The translations under genes were made by a program, and so were the position numbers. Positions 50,601 to 61,822 of a stretch of 64,000 bases of DNA are shown in pieces. The first letter of the stretch is position 1. Each line of letters opens with the position of its first letter. Below the pieces are notes generated by a model. That model made no database searches. It saw nothing but the letters and a program-made list of their open reading frames with translations, and had not been told where the DNA came from. The DNA is from Octopus sinensis (taxonomy: Eukaryota), in NCBI RefSeq assembly GCF_006345805.1, contig NC_043012.1, positions 37,634,001 through 37,698,000 on the forward strand, given 5' to 3'.

Positions 50601-53198
50601 AATTCAACTCTGCAAAAATCCTCTACTATAAAGCTATAGTAGAAGACATTTACCCAAGGTGCCACACAGTGGGATTTGAACCTGAAACCATGTGGTTGGT
50701 AAGCAAGCTACTTACCACACAACCACTCCTGTGCCTTTCTGTTTAAAATCTTATTACTGTTAACTGGTATAAAGTGGGTTTTACTCCATGGCTTTCAAAA
50801 AAGCTCTCCTAACGAAATTCCCTTTTAGGGACTAGGAGACTCTTTCCTTCCTATACAGTCTTGAGATTCACTCAGAAACATAAAACAAGTGTCATTGTTG
50901 ATGTTTAGCTCTTTCTACCTGTTTTAGGCTAAAACTGGCCTCTCTCACATCCCCGACAATGTTATTCTAAACATAAATAATTACAAAATTGAAATCTTAA
51001 AGCTACAAAAAAAAGCATGTTTAATTCAAAACAATGAATAATTAAACATCACATTTGACAGATAATCTAAATACTAAAGGGTTAGTGCTGATTGGTCTGA
51101 CTTTAGTTCAAAGACATTCCAACCATGCCCAACTCATCTTTTTGCATATTTAGACACCATTGTCCAATATAGTTCTTTCTATATTTAAGAGATGAAGAAT
51201 TATGTACATTATTTACAACAAACAAGGTGAGGACAAATATCCAGCAAATGTAAATAATGTAAATAATGTATTGTCCAATATGTCATTCATTCTTCTGTTA
51301 AGGTAGAGTGTGATTTGAGGGAATATGGCTGTTGTTTCTAGCAGGCTGACTCTGCAACTAGGTAGTTCTGAAGTGTGGACAAATTGGACAATGTAATCCT
51401 AGATACATTAGCCTAATAAGAAAAAGTTCCAAAATGATCATGGCCAGAATTCTGCTGATCAGTTCTACAGACCTAGGGCTAAGCAACAAATAACACTACC
51501 AAAAATAGCAACAACAACAACAACACTACCAATAAGAACAGTACCACCAGCTCCGTCTCTCTTGATCTCTAACTACAAGTGTTAGATTTTAGGAAATACA
51601 AAAAAAGTCTTAAATGTGACAAGGAGGAGAAGGAAGAGGGGGAGGAGAGGAATGAGAATTGCAATATTGAGATAAAAACTGAGAGGAAACCACAAATTTA
51701 TTGGTGGAGAGTAGATAGGAATAGCACATATACACACACACCTATCTATACATACACGCATATAAGTAGAGTCATAGATAAACACAGACACACACACACG
51801 CACACACATACACACACGTGGACAGGACTAAGGAATCACCTCATGCCATAACTTTACGACCAAAAACGGTTGCTATGGAAACATTCTCAAATAACAGAAA
51901 ACAAAGTTACAACAATAACAAAAAATATCAAAAGAAATGAAAAACAAAAACATTATCAAATCAAATAAAAAAGAAGAAAAGGTGACATTTGGAATAATTG
52001 GTTTTTTTGGGGGGGGGAGTAAAAAGAGAAAGTATTTTATTGAGAAGCAGAGAGAGAGAGAGGGAGAGGGAAGGAGAGAGAGGGAGAGGCATTAGAATAA
52101 TGGAGAGGCAGAAAGTTCGATAGAAAATAATTCAAACAAATGGATTGAACGTATTGACCAAGAAGAGCATGTGTGTGTGTTTTATTTATCACTGGTTCCA
52201 ATAATATATTGACCAATGAGAGAGAATTTCATCAGTGTTCCCAACACAATATTTATTTTTTACCCCCCAAAGGGCTCAGAGATTAAAATTAAAATTTGTC
52301 CTCTTACAGCACACAGACTTTATTGATTTGATTTCACAAGATACACACACACACACACACCCAAGTTCACCACACCCTGTATTCCCCTTCCTGCAATTTC
52401 CAAACTCCCTTTTTGCACTCCCATAAAATCCCTGCTCACTCACTCTGTGCAATCCTCTGTACCACTTCACTTACATTCACCTCTCTCTGTCCCTTGAGGA
52501 CATACTCTGGCACATCTTTACCACCATCTCTCTCTTTCCTCTGACTGTGTAGCCATGTATCTTCACTCCTAGCAAGACCCCTGCTTCTGTCCCTGTATCA
52601 TACTTTACCCTCTCATCACCTGGCACACAACCACCTTCCCTCAATACTTCTTCTCAGTTGAGAGATCTTTATCCAGCAAGTTACTTGGTGACCCTTACCA
52701 GTGCTGATGCCATGTAAAAAGCACCCAGTGCCACCCTGTAAAGTGGCTGCCATTAAGAAAGGCATCCAGCTATTGAAACCGTGCCAAAACTGACACTAGT
52801 GCTTGGTACAGGCTTTTGGCTAACCAGTTCCATACAAGGTTGTGGAGAGCACCAGCTGCCCTAGAGTTGCCAGAAGGATGTCAAAGAGAGCACCAGACTG
52901 TCTAACGAACATCTAGAACATGCATCGTTAAAGCTAACGAGCTATCTATTTATCCCATGAAGGGGCAGGGTTCTCATTTTCTTCACAATATCTTCTATTT
53001 GGGAAATGAAGTTTATTGAGGCATCGTAAAAGATTGCATATGTCTGGCATCAATTTTTGTTGAAATGCTCCGAGAGAAAAGATGATGTTCTCTAGTGTTG
53101 CTATAGCAATTTCTTTCAAAGTGTCACTCTTAAAAGCAAAGTCCTTCTTTCCATAGATGATCATTTGTAGATGACTACGCCAATGATATTTGGCTTAC

Positions 53199-53264
53199 CT
53201 GGTTTAGATGGGTCTATCAACAGGTAATCACAAGAACTTCTTTCAGTCACAACTACAGGTGGAG
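53199..53264 (-). CDS. Exon, 66 nt, phase 1-1: PPVVVTERSSCDYLLIDPSKP
   Basis: Acceptor tttcgtgttcag|, donor CAG|gtaagc; other in-phase acceptors lie just upstream. Confidence 0.55.
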
Positions 53265-53411
53265 CTGAACACGAAACTAACCAATCTAAACCACCCTTAA
53301 CTTCCAGTAACAACGTTGTTTTTTTAGCCCTAAGTTAACCTTGACAGAGCAGACTTATGACCTGCTAGAAACAGAAGCTAAATTTCCTTAATAACACACC
53401 TAGAGTCTTAA

Positions 53412-53629
53412 CCCTTTCGTTACTGTATTTATTTTGAGACGCTCTGTGTTTCTTTCAATTAATTTTAAATATAACAAAGAACTTAGTAAAAAAAAAACTT
53501 AGTTATCCTTAAGCTAGTGTCAGGAACATAAATTGTGACTGAGGTTTGGTGGAAGATTTTAATTCAAAACTTATGAAAGCAAGACATTTGTACTCAGAGC
53601 CAGTTTCAGCCGGGTTGGTAACAAAAGGG
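53412..53629. mobile_element. piggyBac-like MITE
   Basis: TTAA|CCCTTTCGTTAC ... GTAACAAAAGGG|TTAA. Confidence 0.85.
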
Positions 53630-53871
53630 TTAAATAAGGAAAGGATTATTGGATAATGTTATCCCATATAGCTCCTGAAAAACAAGAAGTGATGGTCATG
53701 GCTGAAATGCCTTTGATTATAGATAGATCTGCTGCCCTGGGTTAAAACAACAACAATAAGAAGAGCAGCATCCATACATCTTCAGAAATATTAAGTAAAC
53801 AAAGGAATTGTTTAAGAGACTATAAAAAGAAAACAACTTGTTTATCAGATCAGAAAAGATAGAATTCATAC

Positions 53872-53911
53872 AAGGTTGGTTGAGCCTAATCCAGAATGAC
53901 TTAAGTGGTTT
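53872..53911 (-). CDS. Candidate exon, 40 nt, phase 0-1: KPLKSFWIRLNQP
   Basis: Acceptor tgtttatgtcag|, donor CTT|gtatga; follows a 63-nt intron. Confidence 0.4.
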
Positions 53912-53974
53912 CTGACATAAACAATTCATGCAGGGATTAACAAAGAGAGATATTCTTGTGTTTTCCAAACATAC

Positions 53975-54065
53975 CGTAACAGCATTAAACTGCATCAGCA
54001 TTGCACCACGACTGTCTCCAAAGGAATCCAGACATAGTTTGTAAAATTTAGACAAATCCATTAAA
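53975..54065 (-). CDS. Candidate exon, 91 nt, phase 2-0: LMDLSKFYKLCLDSFGDSRGAMLMQFNAVT
   Basis: Acceptor catggtttcagtag|, donor ACG|gtatgt; inside ORF 53717..54061. Confidence 0.45.
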
Positions 54066-54439
54066 CTACTGAAACCATGGAAATATATATGGGTCCATGG
54101 ATCTATATAAATGTATGTGTATGTATGAAGATATATATGTATATACTCATGTATGCATGTGTGTGCGTGTGTGTATATATATATATATATATATACAGTT
54201 ATATATATATATAGTTATGTATGTATACACTTATGTATATATAGTTATGTGTGTATAGCTGTGTGTGTGTATAGTTATGTGTGTGTATAGGTGTGTGTGT
54301 ATAGGTGTGTGTATATAGTTATGTGTGTGTGTGTATAGGTGTGTATATATAGTTATGTGTGTGTATATTTAATGTGTGTATAATTATGTGTGTGTGTGTT
54401 ATCCATGTATGTATATAGCTAAGTATGTATATTTATATA

Positions 54440-54477
<38 letters not shown>

Positions 54478-54929
54478 AGTAATTTATAAATCTCTTAGTT
54501 GTGAGAAAGCTCTATATGTGTGTATAGTTATATAGCCGTACAGTTATGCATGTATGTATATAATTATGGCTGTATGTAGTCAAGTATGCATCTATGTATA
54601 GAGTTTAGTGGTGAGAAAGCTCTTATAATAATACTGTTCCTTGCTTAAAAGAAAAGAAAAACAACAACAGTAAGTGGAAGAAAGAACGGAGGAGCAGCAG
54701 CAGCAGCCTGTCACCAGAATTCTGCGTGTTTTAAACAGAATAACTTATCTCAAGTGTGTTGTTTGTTCTACACACTCCAATGGAAACAATGATAAAAAAT
54801 AATAATTTCTGAAGTAGGCACAAAGCTGGAGTCTGGTGGAAGGAGTGACATTGATGGAAAACCAACGTTCAGGACTTAGTACTTAGCCCTTCGCTCATCT
54901 GAGGTTGTTGTTGATGATGATGATGATGA

Positions 54930-55920
54930 TTCTTTCTACCATAGGCACAAGGCCTGAAATTTTGGGCAAGGGGGCAAGTCGATTACACTGACCCCAGTGC
55001 GTAACTGGTACTTATTTCATTGACCCCTGAAAGGTTGAAATGCTAAGTCGACCTTAGCAGAATTTGAACTCAGAGCGTAAAGACAGACGAAATGCCGCTA
55101 AGTGTTTTCGCCACTGTGCTAACAATTCTGCCAGCTTCCCACCTTAATAAGTTATTTCTTTATTGCCCACAGGCGGGGAGGGGGGGGGGCTAAACATAGA
55201 GGGGATAAACAAGGACAAACAAAGGGATTAAGTTGATTACATCGACCCCAGTGTGTAACTGGTACTTATTTAATCGACCCCGAAAGGATGAAAGGTAAAG
55301 TTGACCTCAGCAGAATTTGAACTCAGAACGTAACGGCAGAAGAAATACTGCAAGGCATTTAGGCCAGTGTGCTAACGATTCTGCCAGCTCGCCGCCCTTA
55401 ATAATAAATAATGATAATAATAATAAAGCAGTGGTTGACATATTAATTCTCCCTGTCCCCCAGAACTGCTGGCCTTGTACCTAAATCAAAAATCATTAAT
55501 ACTAATATTTTTATTATTATCATTAAGAATAATAACAATAATCCTTTCTAGTATAGGCATAAAGCCTAAAATTTGGAGGGAGGAGGCTTGTCAGTTACAT
55601 CAACCCAAGGGATCAACGGATATTTTTATCGATCCCAAAAGGGTGGAAAGTGAAGTTGACTTTCGAGGAATTTGAACTCAGATCATAAAGCTGGAAGAAT
55701 AACTGCGAAGCAATTTGTCTGCTGTGCTACCAACCCTGCCATGCCCTAACAGCAAAAATAACATCGGAATAATTGTTTCAAATTTTTGGTACATGGCCAA
55801 CACTTCAGAACTTTAATCAACCCCAAAAGGATGAAAGGCAAACTTAACCCTAGTGGGGTTTGAACTCAGAATGCAAAGATCCAGAACAAATACCACAAAG
55901 CACTCGCGATTCTGCTAGCT
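54930..55920 (-). mobile_element. Cluster of 4-5 SINE family C copies separated by (AAT)n/(GAT)n
   Basis: Repeated gaactcaga and cccgaaaggatgaaagg blocks in the same orientation. Confidence 0.8.
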
Positions 55921-58012
55921 TTCTAATAATAATAATAATAATAATTTTCATTCATTGGCCACAACTGCCAAAATGTTGGCGACAGTATCAGGATGAAAAA
56001 TGACAGTTAGGGTTTGCAGCAAGTAAGAGGAAGGGTGGTCACAAAAGCTCAGGATTTTGGGTAACAACACAAAGATGAAGTATTAAAAAAATGGTAAAAA
56101 TGAGTTATTTCTAATACAGGCAAACAGCCAGAAATTTACACACACACACACACACACACACAAATATAGGGAAGTCTTCTGTTTCTGCTGTTATTTAATC
56201 TTTAAAATCAATGGTTTCTTGTAGCACTATCGATGATGTTTATGTAATGTTGTTTAACCCCGAGTGAGTCGTCTCTGAACACACATACCTATGATCAAAG
56301 ATGTTCAAACCATGATCATCCTATCTACATGGCAGATATAAAATATCAAAAACAAACACATCCAACAGACCCCATTTTTTACAAGATGGTAGGGAAACAT
56401 ATCTGCTGGGGTTTTTGTGTATCTAGGCCAGTTACTTTAACCCTGTTGGTAACAACCTTCTTGAAACCACTTCTGCTTCTATGGTACAAACTCTCCATTT
56501 AAAAAAAAAAAATTAATTAAAACTTGACACGGTTAAGATGAAATAGATAGAGAGGCCAAAGAGGGGACACCAAAATGAAGAACAGGTAGTCATTGAAGAA
56601 GCAACAATGTGTAATGAAAGAACTCTGACAAATAAAAAATAACAAATAATAAAGCTAAAGTAAATATAAAATAAACAGTTCACAGTATAAAATGGTTGAC
56701 ATTTGGAAGGGAATCCAGCTGGAAAAACCACGACAAACTGACCTTGCCTGTGCTTGTGCCACATAAAAAGCACTTGGTCCACTCTGGTGAGTGGTTGGTG
56801 TTAAGAAGGGCATCCAGCTATAAAAACCATGCTAAATCAGACACAAAAGTCAGGTGCAAGCTCCTGCCTGGCCAGTTCCTATGCCAGCATGGAAGGTGGA
56901 CATTATACAATGATGATGAGGATGATGTAGCATGTTTTTTGGCAAAATAACCATCTCCAAATACAACAATATCTGTTGCAACACAGGATTTCATATGAAG
57001 AACCTTGCAAAACATATAGACATGAATTTAATCAAAAGCCTTCCATCAAAATTCTATGCTACTTTTTAAACAAAACACCATCTAAACAATGATAAAAAGA
57101 TATTTTAGTAAATTCTTTATTGTTTTTCAATAATTAATTGAAACAAATGCATTGTAATTCAACAGAAAGAAGGTAGCAATAGGGTGCAAAAACTCCACTC
57201 TGTCCCTGCTGTATTCATTCACACAAATTGGAAGCTAATAAACCATTTGTCAAGTTTACAACTGACCAAGTTAACACATACAAAAAAACAAAAACAAAAA
57301 AAAAAAAAAAAAAACAAACATGCTCATTTGACTTGCTAGTAACAGTAGTCAAATTGACCCTAAAATCACACCTACCAAAGGAGGACATATTCTGAATATG
57401 AAAAAAAAAAATAAATGGGATGGTCAAAACTTGACATTATATTGTATTATTGATGACACAAAGGAAAGAATGAATCATTTACTGACTTCCCATACACACA
57501 CACACACAATGACATGCACACACAATGACACGCATGCACATACACACACACACACACACACACACTGGAGATGACGTCAGAGAAATAGAATGTTTTTGAG
57601 TATTTACTTCTGCCAAAAAATAGAATTATATTTACTGGCCTCACTTTCAAATAGGTAAAATTAGTAGAGCAACACTTTGAAGCCTTGGCTTCAAATAAAT
57701 AAATAAACATACATACATAGATACATACATACATGTCCTGTTTTTGTTCCCAACTATGACCCTCCATAAAATCCTAAATTTTATTTGGGAATTTATGAGA
57801 GCAACTGTCTTTGAAGACTCATATTGTCATTGAATGCTCAAAATGAGGAGTAGACAGACAGACAGCCGACAACTGATGAAGGGTCCTTCCTCTGTGTTTA
57901 CTTGTCCTGTTTTCTATTTCTTTTCTCTCGCTGTTTGCATATTTCATGTTCTTTAGACAGTTGGTGATGTCCTGTACCCATATATGCATTTATTTATATA
58001 TATGCATTTATT

Positions 58013-58043
<31 letters not shown>

Positions 58044-58069
58044 ATAGATATATATAATTATATATTAGA

Positions 58070-58900
58070 CCCCTTTCCTTTTAAATCCAAATATATTATA
58101 TGTGTATATTTACAGACTTGCATGCAATGCAGTAATTGATTACAGACTGGCAATTCAATCTGGCTGTGGACAAATGCATCACCATGTACTTTGGGAGGAA
58201 AGACCCAGCTTTTCCATACTCCCTCAACGACACCAGTCTTAAGAAATCTATCACTGAATGTGACCTGGGTATTTATTGTAAACAGCAATCTGCATTGGAC
58301 AAACCACATCTCTAAGATTGTCTAGGATGCTGAGGGTGTCTTAAGCATCACTCAGTAAGACCCTTGTCAGCCACTCTCCAGCTAAAGACCCTTGTCAGCC
58401 ACTCTCCAGCTAAAGACCCTTGTCAGCCACTCTCCAGCTATCTATTTAAAGCTGTATATGACTAGTACATTCACACCAGTCTGGAACCCCTATTTTGCTC
58501 AGCATATCAGTCACCTGGATTCTGTTCAGCAACATGCAACCAAAGAAAAACCTGCCATCGGGCATCTACCATACTTGGAATGTCTTGCTTCCTTAGGCAT
58601 ATCAAAGTTCCAACATCTGGCAGACACTCATAAGATTATTCACCATCTTTCCAACTACAACCGTGGAGTACCTTTTTGAATTGCAGATGTCAAACACTCG
58701 GGGACATGCTTACAAAATAAGAAAACAACACAACACCCATGATTTTCAGAAGCATTTTTTCATGCTCAGAATTGCTGAAGCATGGAATAAACTATCTGCA
58801 GTGGTTGTTAGCTGTTGACACACAACATCCTTCAAAACTTTCAGGTTTCCTGAAATTTACCAATAGTACCACTTATGCACCCACCTTTTTTTTTTTTTTA
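58070..58900 (+). mobile_element. CR1-like LINE RT 3' remnant
   Basis: Degenerate WQxNLAVDKC, CDLG, HISKIV, VWNPY, LDSVQQHAT. Confidence 0.75.
58357..58440. repeat. Perfect 28-bp triplication inside the CR1 remnant
   Basis: AAGACCCTTGTCAGCCACTCTCCAGCTA x3. Confidence 0.95.
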
Positions 58901-59159
58901 GTTGTAATGCACCTGAACACTGTATACAATAATTTCATTATTACATATTATATAATGATCAAGAGGACCAAGGGAATATTCAATAAATGATATATTTATT
59001 TTAATATCGATCTTAAACCAAATTATACAGTTTAACTTCTCGAGATTTACAAAACATGAAACACTAAAATTGGTGTAAAGCTAATGTGTGTGTATATACA
59101 GTCCAACACATGCCAGCATGGAAAGCAGACGTTAAATGACAACAATGATGGTGGTGGTG

Positions 59160-59209
<50 letters not shown>

Positions 59210-59652
59210 ATAATTTGTTTCTGTGTTTGATGTACAAAACTCTTGATGTGAGTTGAAACAGATTTTGCTGCATCTTCAAAGAGTCATTACAAAACACTGG
59301 TTCTATTTTACTTCCTTATTTCTATTTGTCAGCTAGTCAACTATTTAACCAATTAATTGATTGATTGATTGATTGATTGGCTAACTATTTGGTTAATCAA
59401 TCAATCAGTTATGTTTGTCAAAGTCCTTTAGTTGCCACAAATAATAATAATAATCCTTTCTACTATAGGCACACAACCTGGATTTTGTGGGGAGGGGAAC
59501 AGTCAGTCACATCGACCCCAGTACTCAGCTGGTACTTATTTTTATCGACTCTGAAAGAATGAAAGGCAAAGTCAACCTCACTGGAATGTGAACCCAGATC
59601 GTGAATACCACTAAGCATTTTGCCTGATGTGCAAACGATTCAGCCAGCACAC

Positions 59653-59950
59653 CATCATCATCATCATCATCATCATCATCGTTTAACGTCCGTTTTCCGC
59701 GCTAGCACGGGTTGGACGGTTTTGACCGGGGTCTGGGGAGCCAGGGGCTGCCCCAGGCTCCAGTCTGGTCTGGCAGTGTTTCTACAGCTGGATGCCCTTC
59801 CTAACGCCAACCACTCCGCGAGTGTAGTGGGTGCTTTTTACGTGCCACCTGCACAGGTGCCAGAGGGGTCTGGCATCGGCCACGGTCAGTTGGTGCTTTT
59901 TATGTGCCACCTGCACAGAAGCCAGTCGGGGCGGTGCTGGCATCGGCCAC
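59653..59950 (-). mobile_element. RTE 3' UTR end with (GAT)n tail
   Basis: Matches 882-1130; shorter pieces of this UTR occur at ~19280, 28620, 30780, 47690 and 56680. Confidence 0.85.
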
Positions 59951-60004
59951 AATAATAATAATAAGAAGAAGAAGAATAACAATAATAATAATAATAATAA
60001 TAAT

Positions 60005-61822
60005 GTTTGGTGAATGTCATGCACAAATAGCTGCACAACTCAACACCTTGTTAAATCCGACCAAGTAACACCAGAGTGGTTGACCTTGGGTAGGACAGTG
60101 CTGTGCCTGAAAAACATTGAAAAAGGTAATACGGTACACAATTACAGGTTGATATCCTGTTTGCCACTTTTATGGCAAACACGATATTTTGTTTGTCACA
60201 AGTTATTGACTGGAATAACTTCTGTGTTATTTCAGTTATTGACTGGAATTGCGTTATTGACGGGAATACTTGCAGTCAATAATGCAATACTTGACTCGCA
60301 TTATTGAGTCAAGTATAACTATTTATACTTGAGTTATACTTGACTCAATACATTATTGATTGGCATACTCGCAGAGTCAATGTACGAACATCTGGAAAAA
60401 AATGGAGTCCTGCCACATGAGCAGAAGGGTTGCAAGCTTAAGTGCAGAGGTACCAGCAATCAACTACTGATAGACAAAACTGTACTTAGAGACTGCAAGA
60501 GGAGGAAAAGTAACTTAGCCATGTCATGGATCGACTATTGTAACGCGTACGATGTGATCCAATATTTGGATTATGGAATGTATGAACCTATTTGGTACTG
60601 CATCAGCGAATTGGAAGGACGGACCTGACAGCATATGGAAGAAGTTTAGAGATAGTAGAAATTAGGAGGGGGCATCTTCCAAGGGGACTGCCTGTCCCCA
60701 CTGATCTTTGTACTCTGCTTGAGACCACTAACACTGATTCTGAGGAAAGCAAAAGCTGGTGATGTATTCAAAAGCCGCCAGCAAAAAGTCAACCACTTGT
60801 TACTCATGGATGACCTCAAACTTCATGGTAAAAATGAAGCCCGAGTCAGTTCCCTTGTTGATATGGTGTATACCTTCAGTGCAGATATCAGAATGGAGTT
60901 CGGACTGAGAAAGTGTGGTGTGTTAGTCTTGAAGAGAGGCAAAATCAAATGTATGGACGGACTAACGATACCGTCGGTTATGAAGCAGATAGAAGAGACA
61001 GGCTATAAGTACTTGGGGATTTTGGAAATGAATAAATTGATGGAGAAAGAAATGACAGAAAAAATTAAGATTGCGTACTTGCTCAGACTGAGACTGATCC
61101 TAAAGTCGAAATTAAATGGAAGGAATAAAATAGAAGCTATCAACACCTGGGCGGTTTCACTCCTTAGATATGGAGCAGGGGTAATCACACGGACAGTAGA
61201 CGAACTAAACAGCTTAGACAGAAAGACAAGGAAGTTACTAACTAGATATGGGACACTCCACCCAAAAAGTGACACAGACGGACTGTATGTACCAAGAAAA
61301 AGAGGAGGAAGAGGACTTATTGGATGCGAACACAGCATTAGAGCAGAAGAAAACAACATAACATGGTTTGTAAAAAGATGTCACAGAACCGCTATTATTG
61401 GGTCAGGTTTGTGTACGATGAAAGATTGCAAAGATAAAGCACTATACAAGAAATTGAAAACGAATGAAACTGAAAATAGGTTGGTAAAGAAAAGAATGCA
61501 TGGTCAATTTCATAGGGGTGTTAAAAATAAGACAGACAGAGAAAAAAGATGCCTGTGGATGACTAAAAGTGATTTAAAACCGGAAACGGAGGCTCTAATC
61601 TGTGCTGCCCAAGAGCAAGCACTAAGAACAAACTACATAAAATACAGAATAGACAACACAGCAGAAAGTGATAAGTGCAGAATCTGTGGACAAAACGGTG
61701 AAACCGTATGGCAGATTACCAGCCAATCTACGCCATTAGCCCAGAAGGAATATAAGAGACGCCACAACAATATAGACAGGCTTGTCCATTGGACACTTTG
61801 CAACAAGTATGGACTTGACTGA
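60005..61822 (+). mobile_element. R4/Dong-like non-LTR retrotransposon fragment (RT and zinc knuckle), truncated at both ends
   Basis: NYRLISCLPLLW, EQKGC, WIDY..AYD, GIFQGDCLSPL, HLLLMDDLKL, GYKYLG, LYVPRKRGGRGL, AAQEQALRTNY, CRICG, YKRRHN; follows (TAA)n. Confidence 0.85.

Larger units (their letters stand above)
4310..54065 (-). other. Hand-built multi-exon protein-coding gene model, minus strand, partial at both ends, product unidentified
   Basis: 17 GT-AG-bounded exons (one present in two copies) join with matching phases into one reading frame: xLMDLSKFYKLCLDSFGDSRGAMLMQFNAVT-KPLKSFWIRLNQPS-PPVVVTERSSCDYLLIDPSKPA-SSNHIEIPSLTTKWKLQQRLEL-KVGDDVQ-IVVLRDLAAVSRSLNEH-[RSSIEG...GVAR]-TLHFFLFWTPAAPSHIN-KPNRIVSVGNFVMLATGSCIASLW-YEIKKLHPSAKLSQCGT-NSFVLVGYWSLPKLEHYLQV-KFSSTQHLILRREEVVTLAKLAPFIWFCFGFSSHK-EEKRK...NCLSVYVENRWLKNSTGQASVKHVE-IGTVTTSSQYNE-VSGTFSYLNTLLYIQFS-YISSTIRHYVGHVLNPEM-VTHYFSLSVIRRPDSNYLINCTDPPTSHTCEG. 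No homology search was run. Confidence 0.6.

Noticed and set aside
52946-53164. 72-aa ORF MIIYGKKDF...
   Set aside because: No convincing acceptor; it lies just inside the intron after the 53199 donor and has no recognisable motif.
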